From: Candidatus Hermodarchaeota archaeon
GTDB lineage: Archaea; Asgardarchaeota; Hermodarchaeia; Hermodarchaeales; Hermodarchaeaceae
Length of the DNA stretch: 64,000 nucleotides
Direction: 5' to 3'
NCBI GenBank assembly: GCA_016840065.1
Contig: JAEOTB010000091.1
Coordinates: 32,001-96,000 of the forward strand
This document shows, one piece after another, positions 10,681 through 20,563 of the stretch. The notes beneath the pieces were generated by a model. It was not told the DNA's origin. It ran no database searches and worked only from the letters and a program-made list of their open reading frames with translations. Positions within the stretch are counted from its first letter, which is position 1; each line of letters starts with the position of its first letter. A program made the position numbers and the translations under genes.

Positions 10681-11436
10681 CTAGGACCTCTGAAATACAG
10701 AAGCCGCTGATTTGAAGTAGATTTGTCTAACAGCTTCTTTTGGAAAGCGACACACTTTGATGGCGTACATTGAAACGTCTATGTCGAAGAAAGGAGCGTC
10801 TGTACCGAACAGGATGTGATCTGCACCGACAGTTTGGACTCCTTTCTTTAGTAATAGGGGGTTCAAACATCCAGATGTATCAAGGAAAATATTTTCTTTC
10901 TCCCTTTTTTCATCCAAGAGTTTTAGTGCTGCAAGAACAAGATCATTAGCTAGACCGCCCATATGAGCGCATACAAACTTGATTTCAGGATACTGCTCGT
11001 TGATTCTCAGGACATATTTTATCCTACTTAATTCGCCACGGCCGCAGTGAATCAGTAATGGTTTTTTGTACTTGGCAGCTAAATCCAAAATCTGAACCGC
11101 TTGGTCGATTCTTTCTTGGTTAATACTCGGATGGAACTTGATACCAAACACATCATCACTGGCAACCATTTCCTCTTCAAACTGATTTGAGTGAAACCAG
11201 ACAAGTGGCCATAGTTTTTCTTTTCCCTCAAACTTCTGAATAGCCGATAAGAAGGCATGGTTTGTATCTACAGCATCCATACCTGATTGAAGTAGTACCA
11301 TGACTACCATCCTATCCACGATTCGTTGGTCAAGTCTTGATTTAATGTGACTGAAATCAAATGTGAATTCAGGCCCGATAGGGTTATTCTTGGGTAGAAA
11401 GTGTACATGAGCATCAATTATCCTCATATTAATCAA
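10681..11436 (-). CDS. Amidohydrolase-family metal-dependent hydrolase
   Basis: IDAHVH, GIKFHP, AHMGG and LFGTDAP motifs. Confidence 0.85.
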   Translation of the reverse strand: MINMRIIDAHVHFLPKNNPIGPEFTFDFSHIKSRLDQRIVDRMVVMVLLQSGMDAVDTNHAFLSAIQKFEGKEKLWPLVWFHSNQFEEEMVASDDVFGIKFHPSINQERIDQAVQILDLAAKYKKPLLIHCGRGELSRIKYVLRINEQYPEIKFVCAHMGGLANDLVLAALKLLDEKREKENIFLDTSGCLNPLLLKKGVQTVGADHILFGTDAPFFDIDVSMYAIKVCRFPKEAVRQIYFKSAASVFQRS

Positions 11437-11987
11437 ATCCTTAGACGTTCGTCTTCGGGGACTTCACCGACAACTCGTGCAGGACTACCTATCACAATCT
11501 TGTAATCAGGAACATCACGTGTAACAAGAGCGCCTGCCCCTACTAGAGCTTCCTTCCCGATTGTGACACCAGGAAGAATTATTACTCCACCAGCAATCCT
11601 CGCACCGAACTTGATTAAGGGTGCATCTCTTTTCACTTCATAATCCCTTCCATGACTTATCTTTCGGGTGTTCAAAGTAGTAACATGAACCGCCATGAAG
11701 ACATGATCCTCAATTACTAGACCACTGGTGAGATGGCATTGCCCATAGATGCTGACATGATCACCGATACTAACCTCATTCTCAACAGCGCAAAGATTTC
11801 CCACAGTTGTGTTCTTTCCAATTACAGTCTTCTCACGTATAGTAGTGAAGCTACAAATGATACTATTATCACCAATCTCAACATCAGGGTAAATCAAAGC
11901 GAACGGCCGGACTGTAACGTTCTTACCCAGCTTAACTGGTCCTAAGAAAATACCACCACTAGTTTGAGTAACCTCCCGAGGCAACAT
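11433..11987 (-). CDS. Hexapeptide-repeat sugar N-acyltransferase (WbpD-like)
   Basis: Left-handed beta-helix repeats; GAGALVTRDV, GSPAR. Confidence 0.85.
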   Translation of the reverse strand: MLPREVTQTSGGIFLGPVKLGKNVTVRPFALIYPDVEIGDNSIICSFTTIREKTVIGKNTTVGNLCAVENEVSIGDHVSIYGQCHLTSGLVIEDHVFMAVHVTTLNTRKISHGRDYEVKRDAPLIKFGARIAGGVIILPGVTIGKEALVGAGALVTRDVPDYKIVIGSPARVVGEVPEDERLRI

Positions 11988-12123
11988 AACCTACTGTCTT
12001 ACAGAGCCCCCTTTTTAGATTTAGGCTTCTCAAAGAGACTAACAGAATAATCTCAACAATCAAGCTGTTAATTAGTTCCAGAATGTTTTTCAACTTGTTA
12101 CGGGGCATTGTTTCCACTGGCTT

Positions 12124-12972
12124 GTGCAAAAATTGATACGGAACGCATTAACCGTTGACCTTGAGGACTGGTTTCACCCCGAATACATTGCTAGTGAAGT
12201 GAACCCAGAACACGCCATTCCGATGATTGAGCAGTCATATGAGAAAACATTGAATCTTCTTAATGAGCTACAAATCAGATCAACATTCTTTGTTAATGGA
12301 CAAATAGCTGAGCGTTACCCGTATATTATTCGTGAAATCGAGAAACAGGGTCATGAAATCGCCTCGCATGGATATACGCATACACCGCTTTGGAGGATGT
12401 CACCAGAAACTTTCGCTAAGGAAGTATCAAAATCAAATACAGCAATTAAGAAGGCTATTAGCAAACATCCAATAGGATTTCGCGCTCCTAGCTTCTCCTT
12501 ATCAAACAAAACGAGCTGGGCATTAAAGATTCTGAAGAAAGCTGGTTACCTTTATGACTCTAGTGTTTTTCCTGTGAGAACCCCTCTTTATGGTGTCAAA
12601 GGAGCTCCATTACGACCATATCGACCATCACTAGTAAACATTGCTGAAGAACAAGAAGATGAACAGATTATAGAGTTTCCACCGTTAGCCATCTCTTTTC
12701 TTGGAATTCGGGTGCCTACACCAGGAGGTTTCTATTTCAGGATTACTCCAGCATCACTCGTCAGACACGCAATTGCCAAAGTAAACCGTCATGGCTACCC
12801 CGCTATGCTCTACTTTCACCCTTGGGAATTAATGGAGGAAACACCACGGATTCGGCTTTCTCTCTTCCGCCGCTTTGTATCCTATGTCAAGTTGTCTCGT
12901 ACTGAGAAGCAAATACGTTCGATAGCTCGTGTATTCAGATTTGCACCAGTTAGGGAAATACTTGAGCTCTAA
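12124..12972 (+). CDS. Polysaccharide deacetylase (DUF3473-type)
   Basis: TVDLEDW, HEIASHGYTH, GFRAPSFS, YDSS and YFHPWE motifs. Confidence 0.9.
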   Translation: MQKLIRNALTVDLEDWFHPEYIASEVNPEHAIPMIEQSYEKTLNLLNELQIRSTFFVNGQIAERYPYIIREIEKQGHEIASHGYTHTPLWRMSPETFAKEVSKSNTAIKKAISKHPIGFRAPSFSLSNKTSWALKILKKAGYLYDSSVFPVRTPLYGVKGAPLRPYRPSLVNIAEEQEDEQIIEFPPLAISFLGIRVPTPGGFYFRITPASLVRHAIAKVNRHGYPAMLYFHPWELMEETPRIRLSLFRRFVSYVKLSRTEKQIRSIARVFRFAPVREILEL

Positions 12973-12974
12973 TT

Positions 12975-14063
12975 TCAAATCGTATCAAGATCTGCCCAAG
13001 TTAGAAACCATCTCATCTTAGCGGATACTGTCTTTCTATCAAACTGACCTGTGTTCAAATGAACGATGAAATAATACTTTTCTGGGCTTGTGAGGAATCC
13101 TAGAGCTTTGAGATCTCGTTGGTATTCTTTGCTCTGTATCATGCAACCCACAAGATCCACGGAACGCTGTTTGAAATATTCTACTGCTTTCTTGAAGAGG
13201 ACGCGACGAGTATAACCGTCGTTCCGTTGAGTTAACACATCAACGATTAGACCGAAATCGAGTTCCATCCTCCGCATTTCTCGTAGGACCATGTATCCGA
13301 CAATTCGCGATTTCCTCATAGCGATTAAGATGTGATAAGCGCGTCCAGGTACACTACTGAATCTGTAATCAAGATAACGACGGTCTCGAACACCTATTAT
13401 TCCATAATCTTGTGAAACTTCATTCCAGAATTCAGTGATTTCTTTAGAAAAAGAAGTAGCAGACTTGAAGTCTATTTCGTTTGACGAAAGCCTAGCTCTG
13501 ATTGATTGTACGCGGTCATATAGATGAGTAATTAGACGCCCAATTTTTGATAATTTCGGGTTTTTCAGGAAGCTTTGAATTATGGCTCCGAAATTTATTG
13601 GTCTGATAAGAACAGGGATTGTGAAGCCGACAAACCATCCCACCTTGAAGTGTCCAGGTAGAACGATACTTGCCGTTGATCCCTCCATTGGAAATCCAGT
13701 GCAGAACGGTATTCCTTCATTCCCAGCACCCTCTAGAGCTGCTCTACCAAGGCGAGTGAACATTCCTTGATACCTGTACTCTGAATGTGTCATGACATCG
13801 ACAACCAATCCCAATATGTGCTCTGTGCCATTGACTGTAAATCTTTCAGGCAAAATGGCGTAATGCCCAACAATTTTACCATGGTCGTCGGCGACCCAAA
13901 TTTTCGAATCTCCAATTGGATTCTGCCTAAACTCCCAATTCCAGAATTCTGTTAGATTTTTTTCTGGTAATAACTCCTTCCCAAAGGCATTTCTTGCCAA
14001 AGCTAGAATCCCAGCTTCATCGCCCCTCTTGTATTTTCTAATTTTCCACGAAACGTCAGGCAT
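12975..14063 (-). CDS. GNAT-family acyltransferase (two-domain)
   Basis: DVMTHSEYRYQGMF acyl-CoA-binding motif A. Confidence 0.75.
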   Translation of the reverse strand: MPDVSWKIRKYKRGDEAGILALARNAFGKELLPEKNLTEFWNWEFRQNPIGDSKIWVADDHGKIVGHYAILPERFTVNGTEHILGLVVDVMTHSEYRYQGMFTRLGRAALEGAGNEGIPFCTGFPMEGSTASIVLPGHFKVGWFVGFTIPVLIRPINFGAIIQSFLKNPKLSKIGRLITHLYDRVQSIRARLSSNEIDFKSATSFSKEITEFWNEVSQDYGIIGVRDRRYLDYRFSSVPGRAYHILIAMRKSRIVGYMVLREMRRMELDFGLIVDVLTQRNDGYTRRVLFKKAVEYFKQRSVDLVGCMIQSKEYQRDLKALGFLTSPEKYYFIVHLNTGQFDRKTVSAKMRWFLTWADLDTI

Positions 14064-14143
14064 TGTATTCGTCTATAATACTGGTGTTATGGATAAGTCT
14101 TGTAGTATGGATAAAAGTCACTGTAGAACTTGTTGGAGGTCAC

Positions 14144-15304
14144 TTACTGCGACAGTACCTTCCTATAAAGCGAAAGGATTTTGCCACTAACTATTGGCCA
14201 AGTGAAATGGGACTGTGCTGTTCTTCGCCCCGCTTCACCTAGCCTCCTTAGGAAGCCTGGGTTGTCTTTCGAATATTGTATGGCCTGTGCTAGATCTGTT
14301 GCCGTGCGGGTTTTAACTAGCAAGTCCTTTCCTTGAGGCAGATAGTGCCTGATGATTTCTTTGTGAGTAGGAATATCACTCAGAATAACTGGTTTACCAA
14401 ACATCCAAGCTTCTGGCAGGACTGTTGGGAACCCTTCGTGAAGAGAAGGAAGGACAACAACATCACATGCTGCATAGTATTTGAAGAGGTCCTCACGTCC
14501 AACCTTTCCTAGAAACCGTACTCTCCCTGATAGATTTGATGGAACTGAATTCATCAGTTCTTCTTTCTGAACACCATCTCCTGCAATCAACAGCACACAA
14601 TTTGAATCACTGATATGGCGCATACTCTCAATCAAATATCTGACACCCTTTTGCCAGCGCAGAACACCTACAAAAAGCAAAACGAATTGGCTATCTAATC
14701 CTAGGAGCTCTCTGACCCTTACCTTATCAAAACGACGCACCAAACGTTGAGAAATATTGGTTGCATTTGGAATAACGAAAATTCGGTTAGCAATTTCTGA
14801 ACCAGCAAACTTGATGAGTAAAGATTGTTCATTTTGTGTCAATGCGATTATCGCGTCAGCTCTACAGAGAGCAAAGCGCGCTCCTGCATTAGCTAGCTTC
14901 AGTAGGGGAAGCATTTTACTAGATACATAATCAGCAGTTGCAAAGCCATGAGAAGTAATAACGAGTGGTCTCTTTGTTAGAAACTTCCGAACAACAGAGC
15001 TGTAGAAAGTCGCTGCTAGTTGTGGTGGGTGAGCGTGTAACAAGTCGAATGTGGCATTCATCTTCAATTGCTTTAGGAATAGCGAAGGCGATAGGGGATT
15101 TCCTCCGATATTGGGAAATCCAGGTGCTAATGTTGTCTTAACTCCTGAAAACGAGCCCTGAAATGTTCTCATCCTATCCCAAGTTGAGAGGACCTCAACG
15201 TCAACCCCTTGTTTCTGTAACTCCTTTGACAGATATAGTGTATAGAATTGGACGCCTCCAATCCGTGGCAAGAAAACATGCGGCACCTGTAAAACTCGCA
15301 TCAC
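14144..15304 (-). CDS. GT4 glycosyltransferase
   Basis: PRIGGV, SHG and EGFPTVLPEA motifs. Confidence 0.9.
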   Translation of the reverse strand: MMRVLQVPHVFLPRIGGVQFYTLYLSKELQKQGVDVEVLSTWDRMRTFQGSFSGVKTTLAPGFPNIGGNPLSPSLFLKQLKMNATFDLLHAHPPQLAATFYSSVVRKFLTKRPLVITSHGFATADYVSSKMLPLLKLANAGARFALCRADAIIALTQNEQSLLIKFAGSEIANRIFVIPNATNISQRLVRRFDKVRVRELLGLDSQFVLLFVGVLRWQKGVRYLIESMRHISDSNCVLLIAGDGVQKEELMNSVPSNLSGRVRFLGKVGREDLFKYYAACDVVVLPSLHEGFPTVLPEAWMFGKPVILSDIPTHKEIIRHYLPQGKDLLVKTRTATDLAQAIQYSKDNPGFLRRLGEAGRRTAQSHFTWPIVSGKILSLYRKVLSQ

Positions 15305-15325
15305 ACTTACTCTCCAAACAAGAAA

Positions 15326-17041
15326 TTATGTAACGAGCCAATAGACGCAAGCTCCAAAGCGTGTATACACTTTAGCGACTGATTTGGCGGCGTCAAGAGG
15401 GTCGGAACACTCCAAGGAATACAACTGCTCTGGATAATCACGAAGGAAGTAAGTTTCCATCATTTCGCTCGTTAGGAGAAATACCGAATGATTTTGAGTT
15501 CTAGAATCCTCTCGGATCAGTAGAGGATTAGAAAGATATGTTTCTTGAAGAGGAAGGAAGAGAAACCTATTACTGTCGGCTGGGAACATACCTTGCATCA
15601 TTATCATCAAACGAGTATCAGTAACCACAAATGATTGAGTGTCTGTCATATCTCGGAGCCATAACCCTCCTCCAATTTCAGATTGGTTCATCCCCTCTGG
15701 ATACCATCCCCCTACAGGCTGATATAGGTTATAGATTCCACCAATAGAGAATGTTAGAAGCAAGAGTGTCATAGTAGAGAGGACAAATAGGTTCTGAGAA
15801 CGCCCCCATTTTTGTTGTGTCTCAACTAGTTTGTACAATGCAACAACAGACATGATAGTAACCGGGATAAGTAAAAAGGCGAAATGTCGGTGACCAATGA
15901 AAACCCAGATACTAGAGCGACCAAGAGAAGCATCGATGAGCGTGAGTAAGCCTGTAATCCCGAATGACGCTCCGATGACCAGAAAAGAGAAGGCGACGAG
16001 AAGTCCAGAGATATTCGACTTGCCAATATCCCAAGGCATTGTTCGTAATACCGAAATCGAAAGGGTGAGAAGACACGAAAGGAGACCAAACTTGAAGATA
16101 ATCCAGAGTACGGGGCGATCATACGGATAGAGAAATATCGTGGAGAAGAAGAAACCTATACCTGCGATACAGCCCAAAGTGAAAAATAGTTTTCCAGCCC
16201 AATTTCTTCTAAATAGTTTCAGGACTCGCCATGCCCAATCCCTCGTGACGTATAAAACAGAAACTGAGGTTGCTAAAACTACTAGACTAAGCAGAATAAT
16301 CGGAAAATAGGCTAGGAACTGAGAGTTAGCTGTTGGATTCACTAGTAATAGTAGAGCAAGTGGCACTGCGATTAAAAATACCGAAAGAGGAATGCCTATC
16401 CTATTTATCGACGAATCCTGACTCAAAACTGACCCGACTAAGAGAGCTAAAACAAAAAGAACTGCGAAGTATGTTGTTAAATGATGAATTAGTGGAAGAC
16501 TGCAAACAGCTACTAGGAGAATTATTAACCATTCCTTGCGGGCTCCAGTCCGTTTCACAATAGATAATGCAGCCAAGAAGGTTAGACTTAGAAACACCAT
16601 TGCTAGATGTTGGGGGATCACCGAGTTTGTTTGAGCTGCTACATCAACATCAAGGGAGAAAATGAACATTGCAATGACGCTTGGCCATCCTTTGCCAAGG
16701 AGGTTTCTGAAAAAAGCGAAGAAAGCAGTAAACCCAGCAAGGACAAGTATTGCTACATACAACCTAAATGTATCAATTAGTGGTAAGCCGAGGAAGATGT
16801 GTATGAGGTAAGCTAATGTGTGGAGGAACGGCATGTACAGATTCGAGTAGTACTCACCATAGAAGGGAATACGGTTATTGGTTATGATTACTTCCGTGGC
16901 ACCCATATGAATCCATGAATCATAGCTGTATGAGCCAGGGAAGAGGAGTAACGGGATGATGCGGGGAATTACCCATATCGCGAAGACGCTAGCAATTGCC
17001 AAGCGGTACATCCCGAGTTTCATAGAACCAGATATCGACAT
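15326..17041 (-). CDS. Polytopic membrane protein, GT-C-like
   Basis: YDSWIH loop after first TM, HHLT motif, many TM segments, soluble C-terminal domain. Confidence 0.55.
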   Translation of the reverse strand: MSISGSMKLGMYRLAIASVFAIWVIPRIIPLLLFPGSYSYDSWIHMGATEVIITNNRIPFYGEYYSNLYMPFLHTLAYLIHIFLGLPLIDTFRLYVAILVLAGFTAFFAFFRNLLGKGWPSVIAMFIFSLDVDVAAQTNSVIPQHLAMVFLSLTFLAALSIVKRTGARKEWLIILLVAVCSLPLIHHLTTYFAVLFVLALLVGSVLSQDSSINRIGIPLSVFLIAVPLALLLLVNPTANSQFLAYFPIILLSLVVLATSVSVLYVTRDWAWRVLKLFRRNWAGKLFFTLGCIAGIGFFFSTIFLYPYDRPVLWIIFKFGLLSCLLTLSISVLRTMPWDIGKSNISGLLVAFSFLVIGASFGITGLLTLIDASLGRSSIWVFIGHRHFAFLLIPVTIMSVVALYKLVETQQKWGRSQNLFVLSTMTLLLLTFSIGGIYNLYQPVGGWYPEGMNQSEIGGGLWLRDMTDTQSFVVTDTRLMIMMQGMFPADSNRFLFLPLQETYLSNPLLIREDSRTQNHSVFLLTSEMMETYFLRDYPEQLYSLECSDPLDAAKSVAKVYTRFGACVYWLVT

Positions 17042-17142
17042 TGACCTTAAAGGCTTGACGATTAAAGAATAATGAGAGTACCGCAGCAGTAAATGAAACA
17101 GCCTTAAGGAGCAAGGTTACTCGATTTGCTTGGTGGTTTGAA

Positions 17143-18480
17143 TTGAGTGCATGGCAGGTAATGGTGTTTATTGGAACTCGTCCCGAGATTGTCAAAATGG
17201 CGCCAGTTATCAAGGCATTGGAGACTGACAATCGATTCCAACTAGTTATTGTTGATTCAGGTCAACATTACGACGAACAGCTTAGTTCTGTCTTCTTTGA
17301 AACTTTTCACCTTCCACGAGCTCAATATAGTTTGGACGTGGGGTCGGGAACTCATGCAAGCCAAACAGGAAAGATAATGATAGCTGCAGAGAAAATCATC
17401 ACGGAAACCAAGCCTGATATTATTTTAGTCCAAGGAGATACAAACACTGTTTTGGCAACTGCATTAGCAGCCGTAAAAGCTCAAATTCCATTTGGACACG
17501 TTGAAGCAGGGCTCAGAAGCTTTGATCGAACTATGCCAGAGGAGATTAATCGTATTGTTGCTGATCAATGTTCTGAACTTCATTTCGCTCCAACGCCACT
17601 AGCAGCAAACAATCTTCTTTTCGAAGGATTTGATCCTAGGACGATTCATATTACTGGCAATACTAACATCGATGCGATTCTTCAGTTCAAAGAAATCAGT
17701 TCGAGACAATCAAAAATAATTGACAGGCTAGATTTAGAAGGGACACCGTTTGCAGTCGTCACTATTCACCGCCCTGCAACTGTGGATTATGAAGATGCAT
17801 TAACCTCAACTGTATCTGCATTCCTTAACCTCACTGAATTAAGACTGGTTCTTCCTGTACACCCACGAACCCGAAAAGCGTTAGAACGATTTGGTTTATT
17901 TGAACAACTGGAATCTGCTTCTCATATAATCCTCACTGAACCTCTCGGGTTCATTGATTTCCTTCGCTTGATGTCCGAGGCACGGATTATACTGACTGAT
18001 TCAGGTGGTATACAAGAAGAAGCCTTCACCCTTGGCAAGCCCTGTATTACTTTGCGTGTAAATACAGAGCGACCAGAAAGTCTTCATCTTGGAGCTAACT
18101 TCCTTGTTGGTCGCTCAACGGATCGCATCGTGGAAGTTACTCGTAGTGTTTTAGCAGATTCGACACTAAGCGATCGCATCAACCGTCTCCCTAATCCTTT
18201 TGGGGATGGAAACGCTAGCGAACGAATAGTGAAAGGTGTTGTCCGATTCTGTAGGGAAGGCCGCGCTTTTGTAAAGCCTCATTTATTTGAAACAGGTATG
18301 CGTAATCGAACACTACAGCACGTAAGCAGGGAGTTACAGGGGATGACCATCCTTGAAGCTGAACAGAAAATAGGCGGTAAGATTATGTTGCTCTTCGACG
18401 AGAGTGGTTGTGCAGTTTTTCCAGAAACTGCTAGAAAATTGGCTCTTGGACAACATTTCATTTTAGCTATAGAGAAATAG
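17143..18480 (+). CDS. wecB: UDP-GlcNAc 2-epimerase with C-terminal TrkA_C-like extension
   Basis: GTRPE, GQHY, QGDT, HVEAGLRS, TDSGGIQEEA and NPFGDG motifs, then about 75 extra aa. Confidence 0.9.
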   Translation: MSAWQVMVFIGTRPEIVKMAPVIKALETDNRFQLVIVDSGQHYDEQLSSVFFETFHLPRAQYSLDVGSGTHASQTGKIMIAAEKIITETKPDIILVQGDTNTVLATALAAVKAQIPFGHVEAGLRSFDRTMPEEINRIVADQCSELHFAPTPLAANNLLFEGFDPRTIHITGNTNIDAILQFKEISSRQSKIIDRLDLEGTPFAVVTIHRPATVDYEDALTSTVSAFLNLTELRLVLPVHPRTRKALERFGLFEQLESASHIILTEPLGFIDFLRLMSEARIILTDSGGIQEEAFTLGKPCITLRVNTERPESLHLGANFLVGRSTDRIVEVTRSVLADSTLSDRINRLPNPFGDGNASERIVKGVVRFCREGRAFVKPHLFETGMRNRTLQHVSRELQGMTILEAEQKIGGKIMLLFDESGCAVFPETARKLALGQHFILAIEK

Positions 18481-18635
18481 GTGTAATGAGATAAGAGTTG
18501 TATTCATCGCAAGACACCCTATGTACTCTTCATTAAGGAGGAATAAGTAGTGTTGTGTGAGAGTGAATGCTCTCAGATGGACGATGGCTTCGCCACAATA
18601 CGTTCATTCGTCTATATTCAGTCCTCTACAAATGT

Positions 18636-19166
18636 TTACACACAACCTTGGCTTTTCATGTAATCAAGGATTTTTTGCGCACATTCTTGTGGTGTCTCTT
18701 GCTCAGTATCCACCACAACTTCAGGATTTAATGGATCTTCATAGGGGTCATCAATACCAGTACATTGTTTAACTTCCCCAGCCAGAGCTCGTTTGTATAG
18801 ACCCTTAGGGTCTCGACGTATACACTCTTCGATAGAGGCCTTGACGAAGACTTCGATGAATCGGTCGAGTTGAGACCGTGCATAAGCTCGTGTTACCCTG
18901 TATGGAGAGATAAGACTAACAACTACATTGACACCATTTCGCATCAGCAATTTACTTAGATATATTACACGGCGGTTATGCAGGTTGCGCTCCTCAGCGC
19001 TGAAACCTAGTTTGGGACTTAACTCCTGGCGCACCTCGTCGCCGTCAAGTACTTCGATTTTTTCTCTTCTCTTGCGAAGCTCTGTTTCTATGAGCCGAGC
19101 GATGGTTGTTTTCCCACAACCAGGAAGTCCTGTTAGCCAAACTACACAGCCTAGTCCCATTTTCAT
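18636..19166 (-). CDS. cysC: Adenylyl-sulfate kinase
   Basis: WLTGLPGCGKTT, LDGD, RDPKGLY and TGIDDPYE motifs. Confidence 0.95.
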   Translation of the reverse strand: MKMGLGCVVWLTGLPGCGKTTIARLIETELRKRREKIEVLDGDEVRQELSPKLGFSAEERNLHNRRVIYLSKLLMRNGVNVVVSLISPYRVTRAYARSQLDRFIEVFVKASIEECIRRDPKGLYKRALAGEVKQCTGIDDPYEDPLNPEVVVDTEQETPQECAQKILDYMKSQGCV

Positions 19167-20548
19167 TTCACCTTGATGATTTTTCCTTCCATGCCTTTTG
19201 GCACTTTCAGACCCATAGCATGCAGGATAGTTGGTGCTACATCATAGAGCGTTATATTCTGAATTATACCTCCTACCTTATGTTTAGGGTCCCAGAGAAT
19301 GAATATACCATCCCAGTCATGCACTGCATCATCGGGTCCTGTGTCATTCTCTGAGAGATGGAGGCAGTTGTGTCCGAGTGTGCCAGTTGAGCGATAAGAT
19401 AGGTCATCGAAATAAACCATTAAATCAGGAGGATTCCCCTTTACAACTCCTCCATATAACTCGGCAGGTATGTAAACTTTAGTATCCAGAGCCTCTCCAT
19501 TAACCCCTCGAATTTGTCGCAGTTTCTCCGATACCTCGCTGCGGATTCTCTCGAAATCCTTCGAATCTATAACACCTGTTTCTTCGCGCCCTTTCACATT
19601 GAAAAAAACGCGTGCGTAATACCCACCCCAACCCCATGCAGTGGTATTCTCCCAGTCAATGTCAGCCTCATCGAGACGTACCTGTTTTATGGGGTGTGCC
19701 TTAAGTTTGAGGTATCCTTCTCGCACAAGCCACTCGTTGATACAGATAACACCTTTCATAGGCTTGGCACCATGATCTGATACAACAATGACTACCGTGT
19801 CATCATCAATAATCTCCAAAAGCTCACCAATCTTGCCATCAAGATACTGATAATAATCTGAAAATAGGGATTCATACTTGCTGCCAGGCTCGTGAAGATG
19901 GTGCGTTTTATCGTAATATTTCCAAAAACCATGATGAAGCCTATCAGGACCCATCTCAACAAACATGAAAAAGTCCCAAGGCTTACTCTTCATGAGATAC
20001 GAGACTACTTTGAACCGGTTTTCGGTCAGAGCGTACAAATCCTTTAGTAAACGATCCTTGTCATCTGTACGAAACCCCTTTACATCCAGCAAATACCCGC
20101 CCAATTTGTCTATCTCTTCCTTTAAACTAGGGGGTGATGTATATTGACTTTTTATAGAAGGAGCAAGAAAACCTGAAATTGATAAACCTGTTACACATGG
20201 CGGCGGGTAGGAGGGAGGAACACCCACAATGCAGACATACTTGCCTCTCTTTGAGAGGATATCCCAAACCGCAAGCTCTTTGACATCATATGAGGTAGCG
20301 ATGTTGAACTCTGTATAGGAATTGCCACTTCGATGTCGGAAGCCGTAGATACCTAGCTGACCAGGAGACTGCCCAGTACTCATTACAACCCAGGCCGGAC
20401 ATGTGATTGGAGGATTTGAACTACGCATCCGTCCATAGATTCCTTCTTCACGCAGCCTCGTAAGATTCGGCATCACATTGGCTAGTTGGTCGAAGACCAA
20501 TTCTGGAGCTGCACAGTCCAAACCAATCACTAATACTTTACGAGGCAC
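19163..20548 (-). CDS. Alkaline-phosphatase-superfamily enzyme (type I phosphodiesterase/nucleotide pyrophosphatase-like)
   Basis: GLD, PPITCPAW (Thr nucleophile), DRLHH, SDHG and DAVH metal ligands. Confidence 0.85.
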   Translation of the reverse strand: MPRKVLVIGLDCAAPELVFDQLANVMPNLTRLREEGIYGRMRSSNPPITCPAWVVMSTGQSPGQLGIYGFRHRSGNSYTEFNIATSYDVKELAVWDILSKRGKYVCIVGVPPSYPPPCVTGLSISGFLAPSIKSQYTSPPSLKEEIDKLGGYLLDVKGFRTDDKDRLLKDLYALTENRFKVVSYLMKSKPWDFFMFVEMGPDRLHHGFWKYYDKTHHLHEPGSKYESLFSDYYQYLDGKIGELLEIIDDDTVVIVVSDHGAKPMKGVICINEWLVREGYLKLKAHPIKQVRLDEADIDWENTTAWGWGGYYARVFFNVKGREETGVIDSKDFERIRSEVSEKLRQIRGVNGEALDTKVYIPAELYGGVVKGNPPDLMVYFDDLSYRSTGTLGHNCLHLSENDTGPDDAVHDWDGIFILWDPKHKVGGIIQNITLYDVAPTILHAMGLKVPKGMEGKIIKVK

Positions 20549-20563
20549 TGCAACTTCACCAAA

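Noticed and set aside
12108-12120. ORB-like core CCAGTGGAAACAA on the minus strand
   Set aside because: Single copy, no G-string, no cdc6/orc1 nearby; abuts a start codon and is probably chance.
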